Assembly (NCBI RefSeq): GCF_006345805.1
Contig: NW_021833582.1
Location: 1 to 57,038, forward strand
Length of the DNA stretch: 57,038 nt
Origin: Octopus sinensis
Lineage: Eukaryota
Reading direction: 5' to 3'
Shown: one piece after another, positions 1 to 12,420 of the stretch
How positions within the stretch are numbered: position 1 is the first letter of the stretch
Layout of the letters: each line of letters begins with the position of its first letter
Program-made: the position numbers and the translations under genes
Notes under the pieces: model-generated
What the model saw: the letters and a program-made list of their open reading frames with translations, nothing else
Databases searched by the model: none
What the model was told of the DNA's origin: nothing

Positions 1-661
1 CAGCTGTCGTTTTTATACTGAAGAAGATATATATAGTCCAAGAGGTATTCTATAATACAAAACGTATGATTAAACATAAATTAAAGTTCATAAGATATCT
101 AACAATTTATAACAATACGATTTGTAACGGAATATTTCCTTTGTTTCAGCATTTTATTTGAATTTCTAGTTATATTACAAAGAACAAAATCAAAAATAAA
201 GTATTATTTAAATAATTTTTAACGCATTGGAAATAAATAATATAATTTTTTTTTTACAATATATGTACGAAATAAATGCTTATATTCGAGATTTTCTTCA
301 AAGCTTATATTCGAGATTTTATCCATTACTCCCTCAGCATAAATGAAATTATCAAAGGGTAGACAGAATATATCAGAGGAAATTAGAACAAGGCCGGTAA
401 TTTATTAACAACATGGCAGAATGACTTAAAATAAGAATGTTATTAAACAGTTTATGATATTAGATATATACGATGTACATTTGTGCAGGTGAGAGTGAGA
501 GGGGGAGGGAGACAGATGGAATAGAGAGAGACAGAGGGGAGAGTGTGTTTGTGTGTGTGTGCACGTATGTGTGTGTATGTGTGTGTATATGTGTGTGTGA
601 GTATGTGTTTGTGTGAGTGTGTGTCTGTGTGAGTGCTTGTGTAAGATGGAATGTCACTCAG

Positions 662-837
662 TTGATGCTATGTTTTTAGATATTTCATTACTTCTAAATT
701 TTTAATGTGGATAAGTTGACCTCGGTCCTTACTGCAAATGTCTGCAGCTTCATTCCATGAAAATGTCATTGGATCTATTCGAAAACGTAATCTAAATTCT
801 GGATGGTTAGCGCAGCGAGCTGACGTAGGACCTTCAG
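662..837 (-). pseudogene. Dead paralog of C-type lectin exon 2 (N-terminal half of CTLD)
   Basis: Translates as ..TEGPTSARCANHPEFRLRFRIDPMTFSWNEAADICSKDRGQLIHIKNLEVMKYLKT*, homologous to exon 41592-41765 (ECPTSAGYTYKPELRLCFRV..SWNNAADDCNMDRGQLIHAENKEIMEYI). The acceptor is CTAAAA instead of CTAAAG and the donor is CTGAGT instead of GTGAGT. It has an in-frame TAG, and two Cys are lost (ECP>EGP, LC>LR). Confidence 0.9.
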
Positions 838-1104
838 TTTTAGGAAGACAGGTAAAATACTTCATGCGTTAGATCATTATATCAATATAATCAATCCTAA
901 TATATGTTCATATTTCTGCTCTGTTGCCTACATTAAAAACAATTATTTAGAAGTTTACTGAAAACTTATATTTGAATGTGTATGAGTCTTGTGTACCTGC
1001 AAGCACGCACACGTTGTTAACACTCTCTTTCTTTATGCCCTCTCTTCTCTCTCCCTTCCTTCCACTCCTCTCTCTCTCTCTCTCTATATATATATGTATA
1101 TATG

Positions 1105-1136
<32 letters not shown>

Positions 1137-1137
1137 A

Positions 1138-1211
<74 letters not shown>

Positions 1212-1328
1212 GTATATATATTATTTAAAATTGAATAAGGGTAGAAATTGATATTAATCAATTAATACCAGTGGCCTAGCATATTAAAAAAATCCGAAGA
1301 TTAAAATATTTTTACATACAAAATTTAA

Positions 1329-1737
1329 AGGACTGACCACTAAAAGTGGACGGTCAACATGCTAGATATAGACGTCAAAATCGCTATTTTCCACGAAGAA
1401 TGTGTTCTCAAATAAAAACTCAGCACAAAACAAAGCGTAAAAAATAAGCAAGACAAATGATACGAAATAATAATGATTACCTATGTACCGATCAGTTTTG
1501 ATTGTTAATATCCACGCATATGGATACGTGGAAAACTGCAATCTCGTCAGCATAGTCTGTCGTATAGAAATATAATATGCAGGAGTAGATACAAAAATGC
1601 TTGACCGGAGTCCCGCATGCATTGAGCCCAACAAATTATATTTATGTGTATCTTTCAAATGCCTTCACTTCGTGGAAATTAGTGATTTTGACGTCTATAT
1701 CTAGCATGTTGACCGTCCACTTTTAGTGGTCAGTCCT
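1329..1737. mobile_element. Non-autonomous TIR element (Kolobok-like MITE)
   Basis: 70-bp terminal inverted repeats (1329-1398 / 1668-1737, 2 mismatches) begin AGGACTGACC, with TTAA on both sides (1325-1328, 1738-1741). TTAA target duplication plus RR termini is the Kolobok pattern. No transposase ORF. Confidence 0.7.
1481..1555 (-). ncRNA. Type I hammerhead-like motif with G12>A core substitution (probably inactive)
   Basis: Minus strand: ctatg-CTGACGA-gattg..caatc-AAAAC-tgatcg-GTA-catag. Helix I is 5 bp, helix II is 5 bp plus an internal hairpin, and helix III is 2 bp with a palindromic GATC loop. GAAA reads AAAA. Confidence 0.55.
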
Positions 1738-1744
1738 TTAAATT

Positions 1745-1775
<31 letters not shown>

Positions 1776-1794
1776 GATATATGTATATATATAA

Positions 1795-1830
<36 letters not shown>

Positions 1831-4030
1831 CTCTTTCTTATTCAGCTTGTCTCCCCCTATTTCTTTCGCTCTCTCCGCACCTCCCTCCAACCCTCTCTTC
1901 TGTATTTCCTCACTCCTTTTCTCTGTGTCCCGTGCCGCTCTATCTCTCTCTCTCTCTCTCTCTCTCCCTGCCGTTTTTTCTCCTCATCTCTCTCTCTCTC
2001 TCTCTGTTGCTCTCGCTTTCTTCATATCTTGTAATGTGAGCCCATATAATTAATAGATGCAGCTCAGAATTCGTGCCTTCTTATTGTTGCTACAATTTAA
2101 AAAAAAAAAATGTGTTGCTAAATGAAAAAAAATTAATTCAAAGAAAACAAATTATAAGAGACATTAAAAATGAAAGATGAAAAGTATTCAGAAGACTGTG
2201 GGACAACATTTGAATAATCAATCAACCGAAATATTAAATATTAAATCATAACTATTCTCGATTTCCACGAATTTCAAGATACAATAGCAGAAAAGGTATT
2301 TCATTAAAGAAATCTAGTAAACGTGTGTGAACGTTTGTGATGAAAATGGAAAGTAGAACGAAACTATGTGAGATGACTATGCATGAAGGTTGAAGAGACA
2401 AACAACAAAAATATTATAATAAGTGACCAAATTATGTAGTTATGTAGGAACACTATGCTATCTACATTGATTAGAATAGAATCATAATGGAGTGCAATCA
2501 TGCTGTGTAAAGACGTCAACTTAGTAACCACGTTGTTCCAGGTTCAATCTCACTGTATGATGAGCTAAAGTGTGTTTCCTACCATAGCATAGGGCTAAAC
2601 AAAAAGATTAAGTGAGAAGTTATTAATCATAAAATTTGCGGAAACACACTGGTGTGAAATTTCTCTCTTGCCGTTTGATCTTTTTCAAGGATCAGTCAAA
2701 ACGCCCTGAAATCACACCCTCATGTTAGGCAAGGAACTCATTAAATAATATGTTTATTAGAGAACTGTAAACTAGACGAGATAATTACGGCGGAAATGTC
2801 TCGATCAAAGTGAATCTCATCCCCAACAGCAACAACAACGTCATATAATTTTAGGAGCAACGTAAAACATTCTGAAAGTAATATATGGAAAGAAATGTCA
2901 AAACCATAGTTATATTACTGCGCAGCTGCGATCATGGGAGCTCTACAAATAAGGAAAACTTAAAGGATAAAAGGCAAGCAATACGCAACTTTTCCTCAAA
3001 TCAACAATTACAAAATGCTTACGTATGTATAGGCGTTCAGAGCTTTGATTACAGATGCTATTATAGTTGTTTTACAAGGAGCCATGGAAGGTATCTCATA
3101 CAATGGTCCTCAAACTTATTTTGCCGTGGAAGCTTTATACGATATTTTCAAAAGATCGTATGCATCATACCTATATTCTACGGAAAACCGTTGTTACCAC
3201 TCTTCAGTTATTAAAACATAGAATGAAGCAAAAATTACTTTGGAGCAGTATCTCATTCCAATACAAAATTTGTAATAACATGCTATTTGAACAATTATGA
3301 ATAGCAATTCTTACATACTTTTATTAAATTTTATTTAAAGACACATTATTTTGTACAACCCTAGAATCTTTTCGAATAGGCATAATGTGAGAGACCACGA
3401 TTTAATACGTTGGTTAGTGAGACGCCTTCTGGAACAAATATTTTTTGTGATATTTGATGATACTGTGTAATATTTTTATATCACCAGAGGACATATCTTA
3501 TCTATCCATACATGTGATCTGATATGATAAAACTATCGAAACACACGTGTATATTAAATATATAACTAAATATACAACGAAAGCTCTATCCTCTACAAAA
3601 CACACTTGCACAATAAGAACAAAAAGGTAGCGTCTATGTGGTTGCAAGATATCTTAGAATTAACAGCCAAATGGCCTTCAAATAAACGTCTTACTGCTTT
3701 AGATAAAATCAAAAAGACTGGATTACTTATAAGACCAAGATTCATTAGTTTAAACTAAGATGATTACAGCTTAAATGACTTTTAGAATAGTTATTCTTCA
3801 ACAATATATGCAATATGATCCAATGTGAGGACGTTTACGTAGTCATGTGTCCTGCTGGAAATAAAAGTCAAATTTCCCTCAAACAACGGATATCGTCTTC
3901 ACTAAGGACACTTTATACTACGGAATCAGCTCGAACGCCTTTGAATATAGGTTTTCTAGAACAGGGTGTAACAATGGCTAACACAGTAGCAATATATGGA
4001 ATACATTCCCTTGAAAAGAATACTACTCAA

Positions 4031-4368
4031 GAGCTTGTAGCATGGAATACACATTGTTTGCAGGAATGTCAATGAATGATGAAGCAACAGGTAATAGCTT
4101 GATTTTACGAACGATACATACATCGTTGGAAACACTGCATATAATCATAACACATTCAGAATATGTCATACAAAGAGAAAAGAACTCTATTTCTGATCGG
4201 ATATATTACATCTGAATTAATCTGTCAGCTTCTGGAATAACGGTAACAGGATGTGGAACACGAGTCCCATAATTTCTCTACAAGCTACATTACTGTCCAA
4301 GCCTATTTGGAATAAAAACACTGGGAAAGTAATTACGTGAAGATTTGCTTTTCGAATGATGTGATTGA
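4031..4368 (-). pseudogene. Dead paralog of signal-peptide/PAN(Apple) exon
   Basis: Colinear with exon 49232-49570 (338 vs 339 nt). It has a 1-nt deletion (GAA AT TAT vs GAA TAT TAT), an in-frame TAA at 4206-4208, a Cys>Phe change in the PAN motif, and donor GTGAGT>TTGAGT. Confidence 0.9.
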
Positions 4369-4381
4369 CTGAGAAGGAATA

Positions 4382-7049
4382 CCGTATATACTCGTGGGAA
4401 AGTCGAATATTTTAAACAATCTTTTAAGGTCAAGTTTATGAGGTCGTCTATTACATGAACACTACTTTTGAGGGGCTGGAATTCAAGCTAGAATCCCAAG
4501 TACCGTATCAGAAGCAGAATCCTACATGATCTCTAAGCGAATAAAAACAAAAACACGATGAATTACAGTAATATTAATTTTATGCATCACATCCCACATC
4601 CTAGTAAGTAACAAAACCCATAAACAAGACCGCGTAGCTTTTATAAATATTTGCGCTAACTCTTTTATTTGTATCAATCAAACTTAACAGACTAGCAGAG
4701 TGAAATCAATTTATATCTCATAATTATGTTATATTATCACCGGTACTGGGCATGTCACTACTTACCGTAATACGGTGCATACAGCTGATATCTACTCGGC
4801 GTGTTTCACTTCATACCTCTTCAATAAATTATACTATTTTCATATTCATGGTTAAAGTCACACACATCACAAGTACAGTATATTAGTGGTGCATCTTTAT
4901 TTCGAATAATCTAAATGCAATTTAATGTATTAAATACCAGAACTGATAAAAGAAGTAGAAGCACAATATCACTTTCCACCAGCAAGTTTCCACCGAAAAC
5001 GTTTTCTTTTTCGTGGCTAGATTAGAGACTACACTACCAATTTATTTAACACAGTTTATCATCTTCAGCACTGAATAAAGCTTCCTAATCATGAGGATGA
5101 ATGGCATCAACGTAAGGATTCTCTTCATCATCATCTTCGCTCTCCATATTTAGAGGTAGCGCATCATCCACTTCGTTATACTTGTCATCCCATAGACAAT
5201 CGTCTTCTGTACCATCCAATGCATTCCACCAGGTCGTAAATTCCAAACATCTTTAATCCATTTTCTACAACGACCCTCATCTTCTATCCATCCTTGTGGA
5301 TGCACATGGATGATAATTCTTTTTGTAAATATCTCCTTCGGCACAGTTTTTCTCTTAAAAACAACCATCGGTTTTAATTTATTACCATTAGCCATACATG
5401 AAAGAACTAAAGTAACCTTTTCTCGTGGCCAGTGGTTATCATGAATACTGCTTTTTCTCCTTTTTGATTCGCAGTTCGATTCTCTGGCATGTCAAGAGTA
5501 ACAGGCGTTTAGTCCATGTTCCCAATACATGATAATGCATACACTCTTTCAACTGATTTCTGATTACACACCTATGAAACTCTATTATCTTATCATTTAG
5601 ATCAGCACGCAGCTTTTGTGCGATCTTAGTTCTCAGCTGATATACTATGCCATAACATCTCATGAACCTAGTACATCATCCAACATTCGCTTCAAAATTT
5701 GAAATTCCATCCTATTTTTATTCCTTTCGAGCATGAATTCAGGTGGCTTCACGAGCAACACACTTTCACGATTTTCAAGTACCTAAACTGCACGGCAAAT
5801 TGAATTCTGCGTTAAAGCAGAAAGGAGTACCGGTACAAATTATATTAAGCCATGAAACAAGAGCTGTAATTAAAAAATAGATCAATGTGAAACTTACAGT
5901 ATTAATATAACGTTAAAACATATCGCATTCATGCTCACGATCAGTTGCTATTTCGCGGAATACGTTCGCCATTCGATTTTTATATGACAAACAAGGTGTC
6001 GTGTTATGTGTATATATTGTCCCCAACAGAAATGGAAAAAAAAACAGCTACAGGATGTCATGTGCAATTACCAGTAAATGTCCATAATATGTTGTAGAGT
6101 TGTTAATCTGGAGTAGAAATACCCAAAGTGTATTCTGCAAAACCCCAGAGTTCCTATAAAGTTTTTAGGGTTACCGAAACCATATCACGAATTCATGTAG
6201 TGGTGGTTGCTGTTGTTCACCGATAGTCTGGGAAACACGTTTTTCACCATGTAAACAGACGAGCGTATGATGCATATGTTAAATGTATTTGGAGATGAGG
6301 AAAATATAAAGGTCGCATGAGAACCACTGATCTAGCGATTAATTGAATACTTTTATGCTTACGAAAGACATGCCTTTGCACGAATTCTGATAGAGGCGTT
6401 TGCTAGTGTTCGCCAATAGTGCTGTCTGTGAAACACGTTTCTCACCATGTAAACAACGAGTGTATGACGCATGTGTTTATTGGCCTTGCAGATGTATGCA
6501 GGCTTGCAGCATATCCTGTGCATACATTTTAGTAATGGTGGTGTAGCACCCATCAGCAGATATGTAGTGCTCGCCATTAAATGGTGTTTTATTATAGGCA
6601 CCAAGCATTCCATTATAAGCACCAAGATTCCCACGTATAGAGCAGGCTACAGTAAGGTAGCCACACAATTGTGTAACAGTGTTGTTTCTACTTGCAGGAC
6701 TGTTATGTCACAATACTATGTCACAGTGGCTGTGTGGTCTACGAAATCCTCGTCGCCACTGTTATGTCGCACGTTCGGATGCCTCTACTCAACTCTGCTC
6801 TACTCTGGTACTCCCCTTGACGTCTAGACTTCTCTCTCTATATCTACGTATTGGGCTAGCCTAGTTCATCGTCTGGGGGCGTCCACACAACAAGGACAAT
6901 ACGGTACCTTAACCGACAAATGTTGTCCTGTTCTTCGTGAAATTCTAGTGTCGACTTTTATACAGGAATCTATGGAAAATTCCCAAGTCTTGTGCCAAAA
7001 TAAGGGGTCGCATTTTACATGAAATCGACTATTACACGAGTACATACGT
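4382..7049 (-). mobile_element. Tc2/pogo-like (Tc1/mariner superfamily) DNA transposon, decayed
   Basis: Degenerate ~25-bp TIRs (CCGTATATACTCGTGGGAAAGTCGA vs reverse complement ACGTATGTACTCGTGTAATAGTCGA), a TA duplication (4380-81, 7050-51) and GGGGTCG-type subterminal motifs. The empty site is visible in the paralog at ~49575-49590. Confidence 0.88.
5090..5800 (-). pseudogene. pogo-type DDE_1 transposase fragments
   Basis: Frameshifted segments LRTKIAQKLRADLNDKIIEFHR, TTGHEK, and NGNKLKPMVVFKRKTVPKE..HVHPQGW..WNLRPGG, typical of pogo/Tigger/CENP-B-like transposases. Confidence 0.85.
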
Positions 7050-7050
7050 T

Positions 7051-7300
7051 ACATATTTTTTTTTATCATATTGTGATAAATAGCAAAACAAAAGTTTACG
7101 TGCGCTAAGTAATTATCACATCTCATACATAAAAAGTTCTCTTGTTACATTTATTTCTTATTGAATAAACGTTATATTTTGCTCTTTTCCTTTTTCTTTA
7201 AGTCAAAGTGAAAATGCTTCCGCAAACAAATTGAACTGCGTGATACATAGTGATTAACTTCTTCTGAATACCGTGAAATGTTCTAATTGAATGTGAGCGT
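7051..7300 (-). other. Upstream non-coding block homologous to 49585-49830 (5' region of the duplicated lectin gene)
   Basis: By-eye alignment, e.g. tgaaaatgcttccgcaaacaaattgaactgcgtga vs tgaaaatgtatctgcaaacaaaactgaactgcatga, and taattatcacatctcatac vs taattaccacttctcatgc. Confidence 0.75.
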
Positions 7301-8018
7301 GTATTTGTGTGTGTGCGTGCATGTGTACGTGCGTGTGTGTAAGTGTGTGATTTGTGTATGTATGTGTGTATGTGAGTATGTGTCTGCGCGCGTGTATAAA
7401 TATACGAACACATACGCATAAACAAACACAAACAAGTTTATACCTGTAGTGTGGAGGAGTGATCCATTCAGGTAAATTTTCTTTTGTTCTTTAAACACAA
7501 ATACTTACAAAAGTATCTACCATATTGTTAGGTGTACATGTGTGTGTGCGTGTGTGTGTGAGTCTGTGTGTGTGCATGCGTGTGTGTGGATACACTTATA
7601 TAGATTATGTGTGTATATATACATATGAAAATACATGCATACGTACATACACACGCGCACATATGCATACATATTTGCCGAAAGATCATGAAGCAAATAT
7701 AATTGCTTGTAATTATTGTATATATTGTATATGTGTCTTTGTTGTGTATGTGGTATAATAATTATGTCGAACGTATCAAATGATATATTGGAGTTGCTTT
7801 AAATATTTGATATATGACTCTTTCTCATTCTTCTCAGTTACATCCCTCGATATATATATATATATATACAAAAAGCAATAAAGATTCAAGTTAATTTAAA
7901 TGAACTCACTTGAATATGGTACCTAACTTAGATGCACCAAAAAAAAACTATACTGTTTTAACAATACAGTAATGTGGGGTGATTATAAGCGAGAAAGAAG
8001 CAACAAGAATGGATAGGT

Positions 8019-8107
8019 TTTTAGTACAATCGTTTCATACAAGGACAGGCTTTATTAAAAGTTGTAAAAATTACAGCATATAACGTGTCCGTACTCATCA
8101 GCTAAAA
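8019..8107 (-). ncRNA. Type I minimal hammerhead ribozyme with long helix II
   Basis: ttttag-CTGATGA-gtac.ggaca..tgtcc.tt.gtat-GAAAC-gatt-GTA-ctaaaa. Helix I is 6 bp and the core is intact. Confidence 0.8.
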
Positions 8108-9561
8108 TACATGTGAGTTCTCTAGACATCCTAGTGGTTGAGGCTATACTCATGAAGTAATGTAGATAATTTAACATAAACAGATTTCCAAAGTTCATTA
8201 AAGTTCTTTAAAGATGATGTACAGTCTTATCACAGAATTTTAAAAAAGTTCTATTAGCATCACAGAGAAGGTGACCTAATCCATAGAGCACATATGAATT
8301 TCCAGAGATATGATGAGGGATTACATACTCACAGAAGACAAATTTATCCATTGTTAATCACAACGAGGTGGGTCTCAATTCCTGCTTATTAGCATTACAG
8401 AGAGGGTGAATTAATCCTTTGTATAGATGCACAATTTCCAATGGTGTAGATGTAAGTTTCCGGAGAAATGAAGAGGAATTTCATATTCACAGGCGATAAA
8501 TTTATCAATGGTTGAACACAATGAGGTAGGTATCAAAACTTGTTATATGATTAGGTATTTGCTACATTAATCACATTACTGCTATTTACAAGAGGCTGTA
8601 GCTATTTAACTTTTAAAGGCTGAAGGGCATTCTAGAGAGGCCAAGAATAGAAAGGGAAGGGAATAGAAGAAAAGAGAGAAAATAAAGGAGGAGGGATCAA
8701 AAAAAAGGGGGGGAAAGGGGACTAAAAGAGAAGAGAAAAGGAAAAAGAGAATAAGAAGAAGAAACAGAAAAAAGAGAAAAGAGAAAGAAATGGGAAAGAA
8801 GGGAAAAAATAAAAATAAAAAAGAGGGTTCTTGTTATACAGACGAATTAGTAGACGGCAAGTCTGGTTTTAATTTACAGGCATCTAGGAACTAGAGGAGA
8901 ATATTATTCTTTGGCCAGTAAAACAGCTAATTTATTGCTGTTGAAATCAGCTATGAATTTAAAGAGAATATAAAGAGATAACACAGTCAGGGGTTTAGGG
9001 GTCAGATGCTAAAATCAAAGAAAATACATTAGGAAAATCTAAGTATAATGTTATCAAAAAGTCAATAAAACTTACTTATTAATTTATTCATTTTATTGTC
9101 TTAAGGAGTTGCCGTTATTATTCATACATTGACGGACTACAGGTCAAATCTTAGAAGATCATTTACAAGGTGTTAGGGGATTGTCTATCATAATGAAGAT
9201 AATCATATTATCACCGAGGGGGTAGCCTTATTTATTTAATTTTGAAATAGAATTATGGGGCTATAGTATCTCATTTTATTTTATTAGAGTTATGCTACTT
9301 AAATTAGATTAAGTTAGGAATTAAAATTAAAAATTACAATTAAGATTTAAAATTAAGAATTTAAAAATTATGAGTTTGAAATTAAATAAAGCCTCAATTA
9401 AGCAGCGTATAAGTACTATTCACTTCCCTGTTCTCAAAAAACTGGTGCAGATATAAGGAAAAAGATAACTGTAGTGTGAGAACTCTTAGTTATCTACTTA
9501 AAGCAGTGCTATACTAGTAGAAATCAAGTTATATCTATCTATCTAGTTACGGATATTCTAA

Positions 9562-11112
9562 TCATTTAAAATATTTTAAAGTCTTCAATTTAGCGTGGAC
9601 ACAAACTTGACCTAGTTCGATATGATTATTCAATAAGTTACTATGTTTTCTATGCTTTAGAATTTCATACGTCTCCATGGAGCATATGGCAACCACCCTA
9701 CTATTTTTATACGGAATTGCTCTCCTAACTATTTCCCAATTAAGTTTATAATTTTTATTATTATTTTTGAGTTCCCAGATTTTGTTTGAAAGTGTGGTGG
9801 TACCAGCTTTATGACGTAATTTAAAAGACGAGATGTGATTCCCAACTCTGGCTAGAAAATTAATTGTACATCCAACGTAAAGATATTTGTTATTCTCCGT
9901 GGATATGGTACATTTATAGATTACATTATTTTCCCCACATAGACCAGGTGCCGGGCATTTTGATTTTATTCTACACTTACACACAGGAGGAGCAACTTCA
10001 GGCTTTGGATTATTCTTGGGTAGATGTCTTAGGTTCCTATTATTTTGATTATCATTTCTATAGCTGGTGCTTATATCTAAAGTATTGCTATTATTTATTG
10101 ATCCTTCAGCTTCATCATTTAGGTTTAAAGTCCTACCATGATTTCTTATATTATTGGTAATGTTACTATTATTGTTAGTCTTTTTATCCGACTGCATATT
10201 GCTGTTATAAATATCACTGATATTTTCATTCTCCTTATTTTCTCCATTAGCCTTATATCTATTATTTCTATTATTAACATTATTACTTCTATTAATATCG
10301 GCATTGTTATTATTACTATTAATGTTAATGTTATTAGTCATTCTGGTTACTAATTTCACCTATGTTTTGATAGTTACTATTGTTGTTTTTATTGTTGGTA
10401 GTATTATTATAATTGTTATGGTATTCATGCTGATATTATTATTTTTATTTCTATCTTTCCTGGCTAGTTTAATGTTTTTATTATTAATCTTAGCTATTAA
10501 AGTGGACATATTTGGGAGGGTTGAATAAGAAATCCTAACTGTTTTCCTAGATATAATTCTATGATATCTATGAGAGATAGGGAAATTTTTTTCCAGAATT
10601 ACTTTAAATTTGTTCTGTATATCCGATTGTATCGCACAGTTGAAAGGGATATTCAGCCATAATATATCTTTTTTATTAAATTTAGGGTTCGTAGAATTAC
10701 TACTATTCATCTCACCGAGTTAGTTATTGTATTTATTACCATTATTTTATTTTTATTTGTGTGCATCTTAGGTTATCTACTACTTCAATATTATTCGAGT
10801 TACCTATGTTCTGGTCAATGCTTCTATTTGAATTGTTGGGCCTGTACGCTAGATTAGCGTTTACCATTAATTTAATTCTACTTTTATTTCGGGCTTGGTC
10901 TGTATTGCTGCTTATGTGATTACTGATAACTTCATTATTAGGAATACGTGAGTTCCCCTTATCAACGAATGTAATCTTTGGTGTTATCCAGCCTTAGTTA
11001 ACGCCTCATTATAATGCTCAGAATGGGAGTTAAATATATCCTTATTGGATGATAATTTTGAAATTCTTAATGAAATATTTCTTACTAAAGATTCTATTAT
11101 ATTTGGGGGATG
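9562..11112 (-). pseudogene. PLE ORF C-terminus: RT thumb remnant, linker, GIY-YIG endonuclease
   Basis: HPPNII..ISLRISKLSSNKDIFN..YNEALTKAG (~10990-11112), then WLNIPFN..KTVRISYSTLPNM, then CKCRIKSKCPAPGLCGENNVIYKC..YLYVGCT.NFLARVGNH..TTLSNKIWELK..LNWEIV. ORFs 10360-10710 and 9562-10359 share one frame, separated by a single TAG. Confidence 0.9.
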
Positions 11113-11428
11113 ATTTGATTAATTCACCTTCTCTGTAATGCTAATAAGCAGGAATTGAGACCCAACCTCGTTGTGATTAACAATGGATAAATTTGTCTTC
11201 TGTGAGTATGTAATCCTCATCATATCTCTGGAAATTCATATGTGCTCTATGGATTAGGTCACCTTCTCTGTGATGCTAATAGAACTTTTTTAAAATTCTG
11301 TGATAAGACTGTACATCGTCTTTAAAGAACTTTAATGAACTTTGGAAATCTGTTTATGTTACTTAATTATCTACATTACTTCATGAGTATAGCCTCAACC
11401 ACTAGGATGTCTAGAGAACTCACATGTA

Positions 11429-11519
11429 TTTTAGCTGATGAGTACGGGACACGTTTATATGCTGTAATTTTTACAACTTTTAATAAAGCCTGTCCTTGTA
11501 TGAAACGATTGTACTAAAA
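11429..11519 (+). ncRNA. Type I minimal hammerhead ribozyme with long helix II
   Basis: ttttag (11429-34), CTGATGA (11435-41), GAAAC (11502-06), gatt, GTA (11511-13), ctaaaa (11514-19). Predicted cleavage is after 11513. Confidence 0.8.
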
Positions 11520-11569
11520 ACCTATCCATTCTTGTTGCTTCTTTCTCGCGTATATATATATATATATCA

Positions 11570-12420
11570 ACAAGGGGTAAAAATGTCCTGGACATCTGCT
11601 TCACGAATAACGTGGTGCCCATCCATAATGTTTAGGTGGCACTGACGATTCTCTCAGACCATAACTTAATAGATATAATGATATATGGTCTACAGAAAAG
11701 AGTAGACATGCAGGTTACTAACATGTACCCAGCTCTCCAGCCTGAACGTTCATAAAGCTGATAGGAATGGTATCGAGAAAGAAGTCATGGAACAATTTCG
11801 TCTCCTATGAAACTGATATAAAGATATAGCAGTTTATGACAATAATGCATTGCATATGCAGTACGTTTGTTCCAGAGAGAACGCCAACCCAACAGGAAAA
11901 TATAGTTCCCAAGGATAGAAGGATTCTAATGAGACAACGAGCAAATATCTCAAACTGTCTAAATGGTCCACTACAGGATAGCGAATGACTAGAGAGCAGA
12001 GAAAGAAGCCAGGGCTGCCAAAAATATAAAGATAAACCCGAAATCCTTCAATAAATTTGCAAAAGTTTCTGCTTCAGTACGGTACAAGATGGGGTAACAG
12101 CTCGAGGAAAATATCACACCCACTGCAGATCCCCAGAGGATTAGTGAAATACTGAATGCGCAATACTGGAATGCAATACAGAAGCTTCAGAATCAGGGAC
12201 CAAAAAACTATGCTGGACTTATAGAGTACATTTGTCCTCAACTGCCTAGAATACTGCTCTCAACTGTGGTCACACCACAGAGTCAATTTAATAGCTGAAG
12301 TTTAGTAGTGGTACACCCGGAAGATTGCATCAAAGTAACAACTGAGTTATTGGGAGCTACAACTTTACTCCGTCGAGAGAAGACAGGTGAGCTATGTAAT
12401 GATGTACGTGTGTAAGATCC
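11570..12420 (+). mobile_element. Heavily deleted CR1/L2-group LINE relic
   Basis: Broken motifs NVLDICFTNN (APE end), IKINPKSF.KFAK, DPQRISEILNAQY and CLEYCSQLWS. Boundaries are approximate. Confidence 0.55.

Larger units (their letters stand above)
7989..11549 (-). mobile_element. 5'-truncated Penelope-like retroelement with ~430-bp inverted terminal arms
   Basis: 7989-8416 is a near-identical reverse complement of 11117-11549. The interior encodes a PLE RT thumb remnant plus GIY-YIG endonuclease on the minus strand, and each arm carries a hammerhead. The right end abuts (TA)n. Confidence 0.9.

Noticed and set aside
1-75. CTGAAGA..AAAAC-GTA at the window start
   Set aside because: No credible helix I or II, and the core G is missing.
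6225-6480. ~50-bp direct repeat (gaaacacgttt.tcaccatgtaaaca..gag.gtatga.gcat) and overlapping 60-118 aa ORFs
   Set aside because: It lies inside the non-coding part of the pogo element, with no recognisable protein. Two units are not a CRISPR-like array.
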